DNA of 63,907 nucleotides, filler included, from Atractiella rhizophila (GCA_021432655.1; 3 parts of 3 records of this genome joined end to end with filler, not necessarily neighbours in it), one strand, 5' to 3'; positions 25,527 to 37,894 are shown, counted from the whole stretch's first letter. Notes: generated by a model from the sequence alone, not told the origin. Numbers and translations: made by a program.

Positions 25527-27043
25527 ATTGTTGAGTGAATCGTTTGGATTTTGTGGCTTTGGAACTGTCTGGAAAGTGGTTGGGCGTTTTTGCTCGTTTG
25601 TCGACGTCACGTTGGGGGACGCTCCAAAACATCTCCATATATATATTTCTTAGATGGGAAGAAGAAACAATAGCCGGAAGAACAAGGCAGGTTTCAAAGT
25701 TTGGCAACTAACGGTTCGATCTGGTGCCGCCTGGTGCACGTGAGCGAGTCAGATATCCAGCTCCAATCAAAGATGAATGGATTGAAGAACAACTTCAAGG
25801 AGTTGCACTTTCTGTTGCTGCATCTTGCACGTTTCAGAGTTCAGCACACTGACACCGAGAAGTGCAAAAGCTTAGACTGATTACATGTTCTCTGCTGGCT
25901 TTCAAAGTCAACTCCACTCCGTCTACATGGTTGGCAGAGTTAAAGACATATTTACCTCGTTGCCCTTCGTATATGGTCATCTTTCGAGGGATGGTCGGTT
26001 GGAGGAAGACACAGAGAGAGTAGCAGAAGCACGACGGCACATGTTGTACATGTTGCGCTGTATACGCATACGCACAAGTATCATTCAAGGGCAGCTTGAA
26101 AGGCAAATATAAGCCGTCATGAGGCGAATTCACCCTTAGCTGCGGTCTCGATGGCATTTAGAGCATACTGAGCCCTCCAGTTTGCGAATCGAGGCAAAGG
26201 CAGAAAATTAAGAGGACTGCCGGATAGTCGCAACGCTTCCCATGCGAACGTTTCATTGGACCTCGAAAGCAACCATGGAACAACACAACTGTTATCAGTA
26301 ATATTGTTGAGTGAATCGTTTGGATTTTGTGGCTTTGGAACTGTCTGGAAAGTGGTTGGGCGTTTTTGCTCGTTTGTCGACGTCACGTTGGGGGATGATC
26401 CAAAACATCTCCATATATATATATTTCTTAGATGGGAAGAAGAAACAATGGCCGGAAGAACAAGGCAGGTTTCAAAGTTTGGCAACTAACGGTTCGATCT
26501 GGTGCCGCCTGCTGCACGTGAGCGGGTCAGATATCCAGCTCCAATCAAAGATGAATGGATTAAAGAACAACTTCAAGGAGTTGCACTTTCTGCATTGTTG
26601 CTGCCTCTTGCATGTTTCAGAGTTCAGCACATTGACACCGAGGAGTGAAAAGGCTTAGACTGATCACATGTTCTCTGCTGGCTTTTAAAGTTAACTCCAC
26701 TCCTCCTACATGGTTGGCAGAGTTAAGACATATCCACCTCGTTGCCCTCCGTATATGGTCATCTTTCGAGGGATGGTCAATTGGAGGAAGACACAGAGAG
26801 AGTAGCAGAAGCACAACGGCACATGTTGTACATGTTGCGCTGTATACGCATACGCACAAGTATCATTCAAAGGCAGCTTGAAGAGGCAAATTCTCGATGG
26901 CATTTAGAGCATACTGAGCCCTCCAGTTTGCGAATCGAGGCAAAGGCAGAAATTAAGAGGACTGCTGGATAGTCGCAACGCTTCCCATGCGAACGTTTCA
27001 TTGGACTTCGAAAGCAACCATGGAACAACACAACTGTTATCAG
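25525..27043. repeat. Diverged tandem duplication of the ~760-bp SET-gene upstream region
   Basis: About 25525-26298 is repeated at about 26301-27043, with SNPs and a ~30-bp indel near 26102-26146. Confidence 0.92.
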
Positions 27044-27873
27044 TCGTTGCAATTCACTGTTGAGCTCTGAAATGCTTCACAATAATTTAATGTACTAATA
27101 TCTAGATCAGAGGAACGAGTACTAAAGCGCAGAGCCATTCATAGGGAAACAAGGCAATGCTTGTCAGCAGCCGGCTAGCACGCTCGCACCACAAAAACTC
27201 GGCACAGCACACGGCATCTTTCCACTACATTGCAGCCTGAGGTCTCTCTCACCTTGCCTATAAATAAGAGAGATACTCTCTGAACCGTGTCAGGTGTGCA
27301 GATTTCTATCCATATCCAGCATATTTCGTCTCGTCCGTCGCCATCTCCGACACAGGGTATTGTGACTCATCAGGGGTATCGAACCTGCTGAGAAATATAC
27401 ATCGACTAGATGGTGACTGCTGATTGAGAAGGAAAAACTTATTGAAATGGTGACACTGGTGTGTTCAAATTTTTCCGTTGCATATTTCGAAGGTCCATGG
27501 TTTTCACCTCTCCACCCGTGCGTTTCCCATCCGTTCCATTCAATCGCTCATTATGTATGTCCATTTGCTGCCTTCGAGGCGATGCCCCTGTGTACATTTT
27601 CAAAGTGCATTCTGCTCTGAAGCGTACAAAGTGTATCATCGCACCAAGTCTCGAGGGACTCGTGCTCTTGACTTTCGCTCATCAGCCCCCACTTTGCGAG
27701 GTAAGATGCATCAGTTGAGCGCGAGAGTAAAGAGGAGCATGATGGGAAGGGCCGATTGAAAGGCAGCATAATGTATTAAGAGATCATTGCTCATTGTCTA
27801 GCTTCTGGTTTCGCTTGTAGTGAGATAAAAACGGGTATCCAAACCATTTAAAGCCAGAGACTCTCGAGGCATT

Positions 27874-28998
27874 TCAGGCCTCCCAATTTTGAGACAGCCA
27901 GTTGACCTAAAAATTGTTACGAACGTGCTACCAATGAATTGTAGAGCATGCTTACAGCGTTCACAAATGCCGTTTCTTTCGCCGCTCTTTCAAGAGGATC
28001 GGACTAGAGGCGATTATGTTAGTCTTTTGGGAAGGGGGTCTTGACTCTGTCCACTTACCATGTTGCCTCGAATGGCGAAGCCATGTGGCACTCCGATGAA
28101 CACGTTTCGGTCATAACCAGGCGTGTATCCCTCCATAATTTGGTCCACCATAACCTGACTAGTGAGATTGAAAAAATCGTCGATGATGCTGTGCCATCCG
28201 TCAGCTCATCAGCTCACACTATGACTGCGACGTACGCGTTGATTTGGAAAGGAGCATGCGAAGAATTACGAAGATTTACAAAGTCATCGGGCAAGGTCAA
28301 AAGACTAGGGTGCGAAGTTGTGGACGCAGAGACCAGGTTCTGTGAAGCCAATTTGATGGCCTGGGGACCTGCAGAAATCGGTGTCAGCGGATCGTCGAGG
28401 AACGGAGCAGCGAATGACGTGCCTCCGAAACAGTAGCCAGTGCTCACAAAGCGTTTATATCCTTTCTTTTTAAGGCCATCGATTAGATTCTCGATTACAG
28501 GAAACGTCACTTCTTCCGTGTGATTCAGTTTCCAAACGTTCAAGAAATCCGCCACCTAGCCGTCCTGTCAGCTTGAGCGAGGCTTGCATCAGGAACGGAG
28601 CACATTAGGATCATTGAGCTCAGACAGGGGGACTGGGTCCCCTCGGAGGTAGTCAGGAGCATAGACGTCGAAAAATTCCGAAAAGTCGTCAGCGAGAAGC
28701 TTGTTATTAACCTCAGGTAGCCCAAAGACGTCGGTGAGATAGATGAGAGCTGTGCGATCTTGTTTTGGCTTCTTGTTGATAGTAACGTAGGTCGGCACTC
28801 CATTGATCGTCTGCATGGTCCCTGACACAAGACAAAGCTTAGATTTGTCTAGTATTTATCACCAAAAGCCAAACCGTTCGGCGTTCCTTCCCATATTACT
28901 CCTTTCCCACAATCTGGCCCAAAAGGAATGGTGTAACTGCTGGGGAGGGCAGCGGCGGATACGCAGGAGACAATGACGATGAGAACTGTGAGCTTCAT
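27874..28998 (-). CDS. Dienelactone hydrolase family, signal peptide, copy 3 (most diverged)
   Basis: MKLTVLIVIVSCVSAAALPS; GYCFG; IIDDFF; GVPHGFAIRG; ends VNWLSQNWEA. Confidence 0.87.
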
Positions 28999-29115
28999 GT
29001 TTCTTATCTTGCTGGGCTACAAGGCTTCGCTGATGGCATTGCTGCACACAACTTGACTCTTTTATACGTATCCATCGTTCCTTCTGGTTGAGAATCTGAC
29101 TGTGCAACGAGGCTC

Positions 29116-29150
29116 AGATGGTAGTAACGACCCGCGGGAAGGACATTCCT
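29116..29150. promoter_or_regulatory. Conserved upstream motif block of DLH copy 3
   Basis: AGATGGTAGTAACGACCCGCGG plus AGGACATTCCT, about 55 bp upstream of the TATA at about 29060-29066. Confidence 0.55.
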
Positions 29151-29810
29151 CTCTCGCTTCCCTTCCTCAATGCGGGCAAACTTCCCTCCCCAGCCCAGAA
29201 ATTCCTGAAGACGCATTCGGGGACCGAAGCCGCTCGCGCACATGACTGCCTACCTCGTTTCCAAAAAGTAGCTTTCGTATGCAACGAAGATAAATTTATC
29301 CACTCCCGACTCGAGGTCTCGGGTCACCGCCGTGCTGTCTCTAGAGGTTGGGCTGTCTGCCACTCGAAGATTGATGAACGTTGCCAGGTGAGTCGGAATT
29401 GGAATGTCAGTCAGAACATTCGGCTGGACTCGTCATTCAAGTCAAAACCAAAGGTTGATTCAGACCAATGTCAGGCAAAGGTGAAAGGAACGAGTATTAT
29501 TCAAGGGAGACGTTAAGAGCATGGATATCGTATTGCATCTCCAAAACATGAAGGCAAGGTACGTGTTCGGACTCGGATGGGGTAGAGAGCGGGATGGGGT
29601 TAACTGAAGGAGAGCGGAGCACAAGACGACGATGGCCGTCTTGCGTTCCATCGCCGATGTGTAAAAAAAGGTAAGGAAGACAACGTTAAGAAAATCTGAA
29701 TGAAGAAACTAATGGTGTGGGATACAATTAATGGTAGGACTAAGTGGGGAAAGTGAAAAACGTATGAAACCACATTCCTAGATAGTGAAGCGATGTAGAG
29801 GCAAAATAAA

Positions 29811-31323
29811 TTACAAGAGGCCTGCCAGGACTCATCAATAAAGATTCCGGGGGGAGAGAAAGGCGACGTACCTGATTCCCTGAGGTTTTGCTGGATGATC
29901 GTATCGTTAACCGCAGACAGAACGAACTTGATCTGAGTCGTATCGGTGGCACCTATTTGACCGCTAAGCTTTACCAACAAAAACCGAAAGAAAACAAACA
30001 AGTCAAATGGCAATAGATCTGTTTAGTTGGGCTCTGATTCAGCGCCACGAACCTTCCGGTGAAGTAATCGCAGGCGGCTTGGAGGTCTTGACCGCCCTGG
30101 TAGTCAGGGAAGAAAGGTTCGATGGGAGACCGCGGGAGCTTCTCCTTGAACAGATCGATCTTGTTCAAGAAGAGGATGATTGACGTCCGCACGAACCACC
30201 GGGAGTTGCAAATCGAATCAAAGAGGACCAAAGACTCTTGCATCCGGTTAACGCTCTCGTCCTCGTACAGCTGTTGATCGTATTCCGAAAGAGCAACCAA
30301 GAAAATAATAGCCGTCACATTCTCAAAGCAGTGAATCCTGTGTGACAACTCGTAAGCGCAGAGCTCGTGACAATGCGACGGAGGAAGAATACTCACCACT
30401 TCTTACGCTCGGATCGCTGTCCTCCGACATCGAACATCCGGTACTTCAGCTCGCCAATCTGGAAGTGGGTCTCCGTGATACCAGTTGTCTTGACACGCGA
30501 GCGCAGCACGTCTTGATCTGATGGTAAATAATTGGGAGAGCCTATCCGTTGGATAGAGTCGAAGTAGCTTTTAGAAAAGTTAAATTCGGGCACGAATAAG
30601 CTTTGGGTGGGGAATGCTCACTATTGTGCGGAGTCGTTGAGCTGGAACTCCCTTGACCTCTCAAAGGCTTTCCGGACCCCAGAATCGTTCCACAAACCAT
30701 AAATCGCCTTCACCATTGCCATGAGAGGGGTTACGATGCCCGGGAAATGCGCGAGAAGGACTGACCTGTGCCACCTTTGGATCAAGGGTATCGCCCTCAA
30801 TCTGGTGAGGCAAGCCCATGATGACGTTTGCCAACTCCTGAGATCCAGGATTGGTGAGGTTGATACCCATCATTTCCATAGCATCGAGGATGACCTATTC
30901 GAGGCATTCTAAGTTAAGCTGCGGAGACTAAAAGCGAAGTGGATGCGCACATGCATGGACTGGACGGTGTTGGAGAAGATGATTTCCTTATACGAATCTC
31001 TCTCATCGGGTGTGTAGGAACCCTCATTGATGAGCTTCATTTGCTTGAGAATCGTCGACTTTCCGGATTCTCCAGCGCCGAGCAACAGTAGCTGTAACAT
31101 TACATCTGTCAGCAAATTCCTCTTGCCTCCCTCTGAGACAAAAAGGCGAACCTTGATCTCATTCCTTCACCACCGAAAGCATCCCACGTCACCCATCTGT
31201 CCTTGACAAGGTAGTAAAAACGATGACAAACCTCATGTTCATCTTGTCCCGCTTAAGCTGGGACTCGATGGCCTCATTCCTCTGCTTCGCCTCCGAATCT
31301 TCTTTAGAACCTCCGCAGCCCAT
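29811..31323 (-). CDS. Heterotrimeric G protein alpha subunit, fungal group I (FadA/Gna1-like)
   Basis: MGCGGS myristoylation start, [36 protein letters not shown]; ends NLRESGLL. Confidence 0.96.
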
Positions 31324-31346
31324 GTTACCTATTCACAATCGACAAA

Positions 31347-31446
31347 NNNNNNNNNNNNNNNNNNNNNNNNNNNNNNNNNNNNNNNNNNNNTTAATTAATT
31401 AANNNNNNNNNNNNNNNNNNNNNNNNNNNNNNNNNNNNNNNNNNNN
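31347..31446. other. Assembly gap with artificial six-frame-stop linker (TTAATTAATTAA)
   Basis: N-run / ttaattaattaa / N-run, 100 bp in total. Confidence 0.9.
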
Positions 31447-32893
31447 AAATTGAATCCAACAGTCACGTTCGTCCCTGCTGGATAGGCGTGCAATCCTTCG
31501 TTCCCTGAAATCATGACGGCACCAGGGATGGCGGCATATAACGCGTCTGTAACCTAGATAATTTCATCAGTTGGCAATGCACGGCTTAGCAGATAGAAGA
31601 AAGACACACGGTCACAGGGGCCGCAATGAGCGTTGTCCCGGTGTCAATGGCTGCCGTTTGATCCCTGACACCTGCTGTACTGCCTGCCACTAGAGGTATC
31701 GGTGTCCCATTGAGCGTCAGATTCTAGACGAAGTTCCCGCCAAGTATCAACACAACTGTCTAAGTGGCCGCTAGAAGAAAGTAAGGGAGAAGACGAACAA
31801 CCACCGGCAGCTCCCAATAACTCTCTTCCGTCAACTCCACAAACTCCACGCCATCAAATCCATCAGCCAACAAGCTGTCGTCCCACCCTCCCAACACTAG
31901 CGAACCACCATGGTCTGTTGTCCCTATTCCTGACGTCTCAGTCCTTTCTCCCGGTGCTCTCTGTTCCCATTATCTGTCAGATATGAAACAGCCGCGAGAG
32001 GGGGAAGGGGGGACAAACGGTGATGTGCACCCCGAAGGCGGGTTGCGAGAAGCCGTAGGAAGGATCAGTGAAGAGACGTTCCCAGTATGGCTTGTTGTTT
32101 TTGTCAGAAGAGACGAGTGCGGACCACCCGAATCCCTTCGGCACATGTCAATCTCAGCTGTTATGGAGGGTGAGGGAGAAGCGCACCATCAATCCACTGA
32201 CAGGCACTTCACTATACAACAGATCCTCAATTTGAGTCGCCATTACTTCAGCCTCAATCAGTCCTCTCGTCAAAGAACACCGTTTGAACAGTCTTACAAA
32301 CAGCGCATCCCTCGACTTCCAGTCCTTCTCCAAGGCTACAGCGATCATATCCAATCGTCCCTTGCACACGTCCACTGGCGTACGTGACATTCACAGCTTC
32401 CCCGTCCTGCTCATAACTCGTGCTTATCGTCGGATCGTAATAAGTTAAGTTATCGTAACAACCTTCCGTGCAGTCCGCCGTCCAGAGTCTCGTTGTGTAA
32501 CTGCACCCAGTCTAACTGCGCGACAAGCTTGCCCACCTCCCCTCCCGTTCCACCCAGGCCCTGTTCATACCTGAGCACGCCCTACAGCTACTTCCGCCCT
32601 AATGACCTTCACGTCGTCTCTTCCACGCCTGCTCCTCCTGTCATCTACAACCTAGTCCCGCATCCTCCTCCTCCCGCCGCTCACTCGACCCCTAAACCTT
32701 ACGCTTAGTCCTCACTCACTAACAAGCTGAACTCAAATGAAGAACCCCTATGCGCTTTCGTACGAGCCACGATTCTCCTTTGTTTCCTTTCCGCCGCTCT
32801 AAGTAAGCATACAAGTCCAGCACGAGACGACGAGACACGTTACTGTCTTCAACTGACGAGAAAAGAGGAGAGGAAATTGGTGGTCGGACCATG
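31447..32893 (-). pseudogene. Pepsin-like (A1) aspartic protease, 3'-truncated by the gap, with a frameshift; start uncertain
   Basis: YDPTISTSY, NVTYASGRVQGTIGYD, SGLMGFGW, GSLVLGGWD, AAIDTGTTLI; 1-nt frameshift near 32392; first DTG motif not found. Confidence 0.6.
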
Positions 32894-34249
32894 TTAAAAA
32901 CGACAATGAGACGATGAATCCAGTTACCGACGACTTACAGAGCCCGACTCTATTATATCGTGTAACCTTGCTCCCGGCTCGTTGCGCAGTCCTGAGAGAG
33001 AGCAGTTTCTCTTTACGAAGAACTACGACTATTACGAGGGTAGGGAACGAGCGGCGCACGACTGCATTCCTCTCACGTAGATGACGGAAGGGAAGAGGTT
33101 GAAGTAGGGGCAATGCACGGTAAAACAGACCCTCCTAGTCCGCGAACACGGAACAATTTCTCCTCGTCGCCGTGTTTAAACTACAAAAGTTCATATTGGT
33201 CTGTGTAAATGATTACCGAGCTACGAGTGCACAACGCAGTTTTAGAGTAGGAGAATACAAAGGTGTCGCTCGGCAACGAAGCAAGAATCTACCGCGCATT
33301 ACTGCCTCGCCGTCTTCAAGAACGCGGCCTAGTTTGGATTCGTTGTGGTCACAGTTATCTCTAACTTTCATCAAGAATGTAACCGAGCATGACTGTGGTA
33401 AAAAGCAACGTGCGTCGGAGCTTATGATAGAGGGTGACAGGGAGCCGTGCGGTGGAGTTTCGGAGTTACACTCGTAACTGTGCCCGAGGAGGCTAGAAAC
33501 CCAAGGTCACAGAGGCNNNNNNNNNNNNNNNNNNNNNNNNNNNNNNNNNNNNNNNNNNNNNNNNNNNNNNNNNNNNNNNNNNNNNNNNNNNNNNNNNNNN
33601 NNNNNNNNNNNNNNNNNNNNNNNNNNNNNNNNNNNNNNNNNNNNNNNNNNNNNNNNNNNNNNNNNNNNNNNNNNNNNNNNNNNNNNNNNNNNNNNNNNNN
33701 NNNNNNNNNNNNNNNNNNNNNNNNNNNNNNNNNNNNNNNNNNNNNNNNNNNNNNNNNNNNNNNNNNNNNNNNNNNNNNNNNNNNNNNNNNNNNNNNNNNN
33801 NNNNNNNNNNNNNNNNNNNNNNNNNNNNNNNNNNNNNNNNNNNNNNNNNNNNNNNNNNNNNNNNNNNNNNNNNNNNNNNNNNNNNNNNNNNNNNNNNNNN
33901 NNNNNNNNNNNNNNNNNNNNNNNNNNNNNNNNNNNNNNNNNNAATGGAGATGGAGGGACAAAGGCTTGGCCGAAATTGAAAGTGACGTCGTCCTTCCGCC
34001 CGCAATCCCAAAATTGGGGAGCAGGTGCAGCATCCAAATACCTGACCATAAAATCAGTCATTCTTATTGTCTCTTACTTCTGTGTCGTCTACGGTGCTCT
34101 CATAGTCGCTTCAGAAACTCAACGCTCTCCATTTCGCTGCTTTCCAACATAACGATATGCTGCATCTCCATCTATTCATCTCATCCAAAAGGTAAAGATA
34201 AGTTTCTCGTCTCCTACAGCTGCGATGGCGTCCATCCCTTTCACGCGAA

Positions 34250-34845
34250 TTAAGCAACAGCAGGGGAAACGGTCAACATCACGTTCCCCCCACCCGTCGC
34301 TCCTCCCTGAATGAGTACGCTCCCAGGAGTGGCTCCACAGTCGGCGATCAGGTTATCGAAGCCTTTAATTCCTCCATGCTCGAGTCTTCCCTTCGAGATG
34401 GAGATGTTTGAGCCGTCGGTGGTGGATACGGACACGGTGCACGAACCGGAGGTCGCAGTCGCGAAATCTGTTGGAAGGAATGGTGACTAAGTTTAAGAAG
34501 AGCATAAGAAGGGAGGGTGCGACGTACTGCTGTTGACGCGCAGAAATTCGATCGCGCCGGCAATTCCTCCAGGTCCAAGTGACAGAAGCGCACTATTTAT
34601 TCACAAACAGAATATGTTTCCATGAATTCCTCGACCGTGATTTGGAGGACGACTTACACATTACAATCGTGGCTACTCAACTGTGCGCTACCAGCCGCAC
34701 TGCAGACTGTCTCCCCGACAGCTTGAACTCCTCCTTGACGTTTTCTAAAGGAGGAACGCTTGATTTTCCTCTGCATTCGGCCAGCATCGGAGAGGGAGAA
34801 CAGGGAGAGGAGGAGGAGGGCGAAGAAGAGTGATTGTTTGAACAT
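34250..34845 (-). CDS. Small secreted protein (~150 aa), prepro-sequence with KR sites, 4 Cys
   Basis: MFKQSLFFALLLLSLFSLSDAG signal; IKR..FRKR; three exons joined by in-phase GT-AG introns. Confidence 0.72.
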
Positions 34846-35639
34846 CTTCACTGTGAACTGAGTACTGAGTTCGCTTGCTTGTAATCGCTTTCAGAATTGA
34901 AAGAGGGTGTTTGAACGAAAGGAAGGTGCAGGCTCTGCCTGTGGATTGTGAAGAATGGGAGATGGAGATGGGAAGGACAAGATGATCACTCGGATGAGGA
35001 GAGCAAACCTTCTGTCTCCTTCCTTTTTATGGAGCTCTAAATTCCAAAACAGGACTCTTGCGTTGTTTAGGATTATGATGAAGGGCGTGTTGAGATGCAC
35101 ACCTGCCGAAGAACGGTTGCTAAGTGAACAAGCACGTCTGAAACGCTTTGGCCCTATCCGATTTATCTCTGATTCATCATTTCCATGCCCATTTCCATCC
35201 ACTACCGTCTTTCTTCCGCCTTTGTTTAGGACTGGTTACAGCTTACTGTCAATTCCTCCTCTTCCCATTTTCAATGGTCATTGGTACAAGGACTCCACGA
35301 AAGAATCTATCGATTGACGCCTCAGTGAAGGATCTGGTAGACTACATTCTCTCTGTTCACATTACATCCACCTTCCGAACGACCTCCTCCTCAGCCTCTT
35401 CGCNNNNNNNNNNNNNNNNNNNNNNNNNNNNNNNNNNNNNNNNNNNNNNNNNNNNNNNNNNNNNNNNNNNNNNNNNNNNNNNNNNNNNNNNNNNNNNNNN
35501 NNNNNNNNNNNNNNNNNNNNNNNNNNNNNNNNNNNNNNNNNNNNNNNNNNNNNNNNNNNNNNNNNNNNNNNNNNNNNNNNNNNNNNNNNNNNNNNNNNNN
35601 NNNNNNNNNNNNNNNNNNNNNNNNNNNNNNNNNNNNCAC

Positions 35640-37214
35640 GGGGAAGTGAAGGTTGCTGACGTGTTAGCTGTGACAGTAAGGGCAGTTACCTCCTGACCAA
35701 TTACCAAGGCCACGACCTCTCTTATGTTGTTGACCGTTACTATGGTGCCAACTGTGACCATTATTATGGCGGCAACTATGGCCACTACTGCGACGTCTAC
35801 TGTGGCTGCTACTTCTCCCACTGACATTTAGAGGCACAAAAGACACACCATTTCCCGACTATTAGGCTTTAGATCCGCAGCTACTACTTTGACTGCTGTG
35901 TCGGTCGTGGAGACAACGGCGGCACCGCTGAAGGTGGTCGCGAAGCGGTCGACGACTTTGAAGTTGACGTCGCTCGTGTTCACCCTTGGAGGTCTGCAAA
36001 TGACCGCGGAATCCTCCATTTTGTCGAGGGCGGCACTAACAACCTCCTTCTCCTAAAGTCCAACTCCCGTTGCTGCTAAAGAACTTGTAACCGCGACGAG
36101 AACCTGCGAGCACGCTGCAGGTCACGCACAGGGAGTGTAAACAAAGCTGTCACACTACCGCAGACTGACGGACTCAAATCCGTATTGGTTACGCGGTTGC
36201 ATCGGTTGAGACCACCTGTTTCGAAGTTGCATGAAAGAGGTGAGGAGGAGACTAGCTGTCTTACCGAGTTGACACTCTATCCAACCTCTAACGCTAGTTG
36301 TCTTGTTGCTTACAGTGCGGCGTTAGTTGTGCAGATTGTGTCCGAGTCCTTGCCAGCGGTGGTGGAGGCGACGTCGACAGCGAAGGTTCTGGAGTCGGCG
36401 CCGACGACGGTGGGTCTGCCGGAGCTCGCCTTGACCACGGTGCCGACCTTTGGAAGTTTGAAAGTGTCCGTTAGAACCACCTAACTTCCGGGGGAGGCCA
36501 GTGGCGACCTCCCTTTCCGTATTCCTCGCCGTTCCCTTTAAGACTGTCGTGCCATTTGTAGTGCTCTTGGGATCTGCGAAGAGGAGAGGATTGGCATTTG
36601 AATCTTGAGCCTGGACGAGACCATTGAGCTGCTCGTGTTTGGGAGCTTTGAGGCAGAAAATGGAGAAACGGTCCACTGGTGGTTGGACACGGAAGTCTAT
36701 GGTCCAATGTTGAATTTGCGAGGTGGACATCCAAAAGAAATAGAACTAACCAGGCTGCGTGTTCTTTTCCGCTTGCCTGAATTCGATGGCGATGTTAATG
36801 ATGTTTTGCTGAACTGCAGAATCTGTTTGTGCCAGGGCGACATCGATCATCTCATCCGCGCAGTCCTGAAGGCCTTATCAGTTGACCAGCTCACTCATGG
36901 GGAAATAGAAATGACATACCTGTTGAGCGCATGGGTCGGCTGCGGCGAGAAGGGAGGAGACGCACTTTCCTGCGAGGGTACCACAGGTTCCTCCGTCACA
37001 AGCGCTGGCCAGCTTGGTGAGAGATTCGGGGTGCTCGTTACCAACTTTTCTTGACATAATGCGTGAGACGATTGGCCTTCCATCCCTCTCCGGCCACCGC
37101 ATGCGTGCTGGTACGGGAACTCAGATCTATTTGGGAAGCTGAATGGATAGGGGACGCACCTTCCACGCCGATAAGAGAAGTGAGAGCGAGAACGAAAACA
37201 GCAGCTGACTTCAT
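35640..37214 (-). CDS. Secreted Cys-containing uncharacterised fungal protein; 3' end uncertain (gap)
   Basis: MKSAAVFVLALTSLIG signal; ACDGGTCGTLAG..LLAAADPCAQQDCAD..FRQAEKNTQP..FCLKAPKHEQLNGLVQAQD. Confidence 0.62.
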
Positions 37215-37894
37215 GTTGAGACTTGCTCGTGAATAATACGAAGTAGAGGTGGATTTGTTATGAAGAAAGGACGGCTGAAGGGAATGTAATCGGATCTTGC
37301 CGAGTTCAAAGAAAGTGGATCTTCAACCAAGTGAAGGAAAGATAACAAAAGAGCGCGGCTCGAAAGCGTCAAAAGAGAATGAACGATTCTTTGCGTGAGT
37401 TTGAACTGCAGACTGAGCTGACTTCGCAATTGGGGACTCCAAAAAGGACCAGTCCCTTTTTATCCTCCCTTGTTGGCAAACTCGGCAGGTGCCATGAAAC
37501 AAATCCCAAGAAACTTTCCGGCAAAATCGTGACAGAGATGGAACCACATGGAACATGGCCGACGTTTCATGTCCTGGATGTCGGCCCGGCCCGACAAAGG
37601 ATGTCCTTCGCCACTCCAGCGGAAGACTCCAGCTGTCTTCAGCTATTTTGAGGATTGCTCAAAGGTGCTGGAATGGTGAAAGAGACAAGTTGTGTAAATC
37701 AGAACCAGGAATGGAAGAACAATGACATGAAGCAGAAATGCAAGCAATTTAAGCAGGCATATCGCCCTTTCAGCAGCTATCGCTCCTCATTCTCAGCCGA
37801 ATCACTTTTCATAGTGGATGCTAGGAGAACGCAGTTCCCAAGCATGCAACGGAGTATCCAACAATTCGTTCAGCCTAAATTCAAGTGCTAACAT

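Noticed and set aside
17884..27043. Repeats as a CRISPR array or LTR pair
   Set aside because: The units are long and head-to-tail, with no spacers, TG..CA ends or internal pol; the context is eukaryotic
33422..35827. Long ORFs spanning N-runs
   Set aside because: They are artefacts of translating gaps
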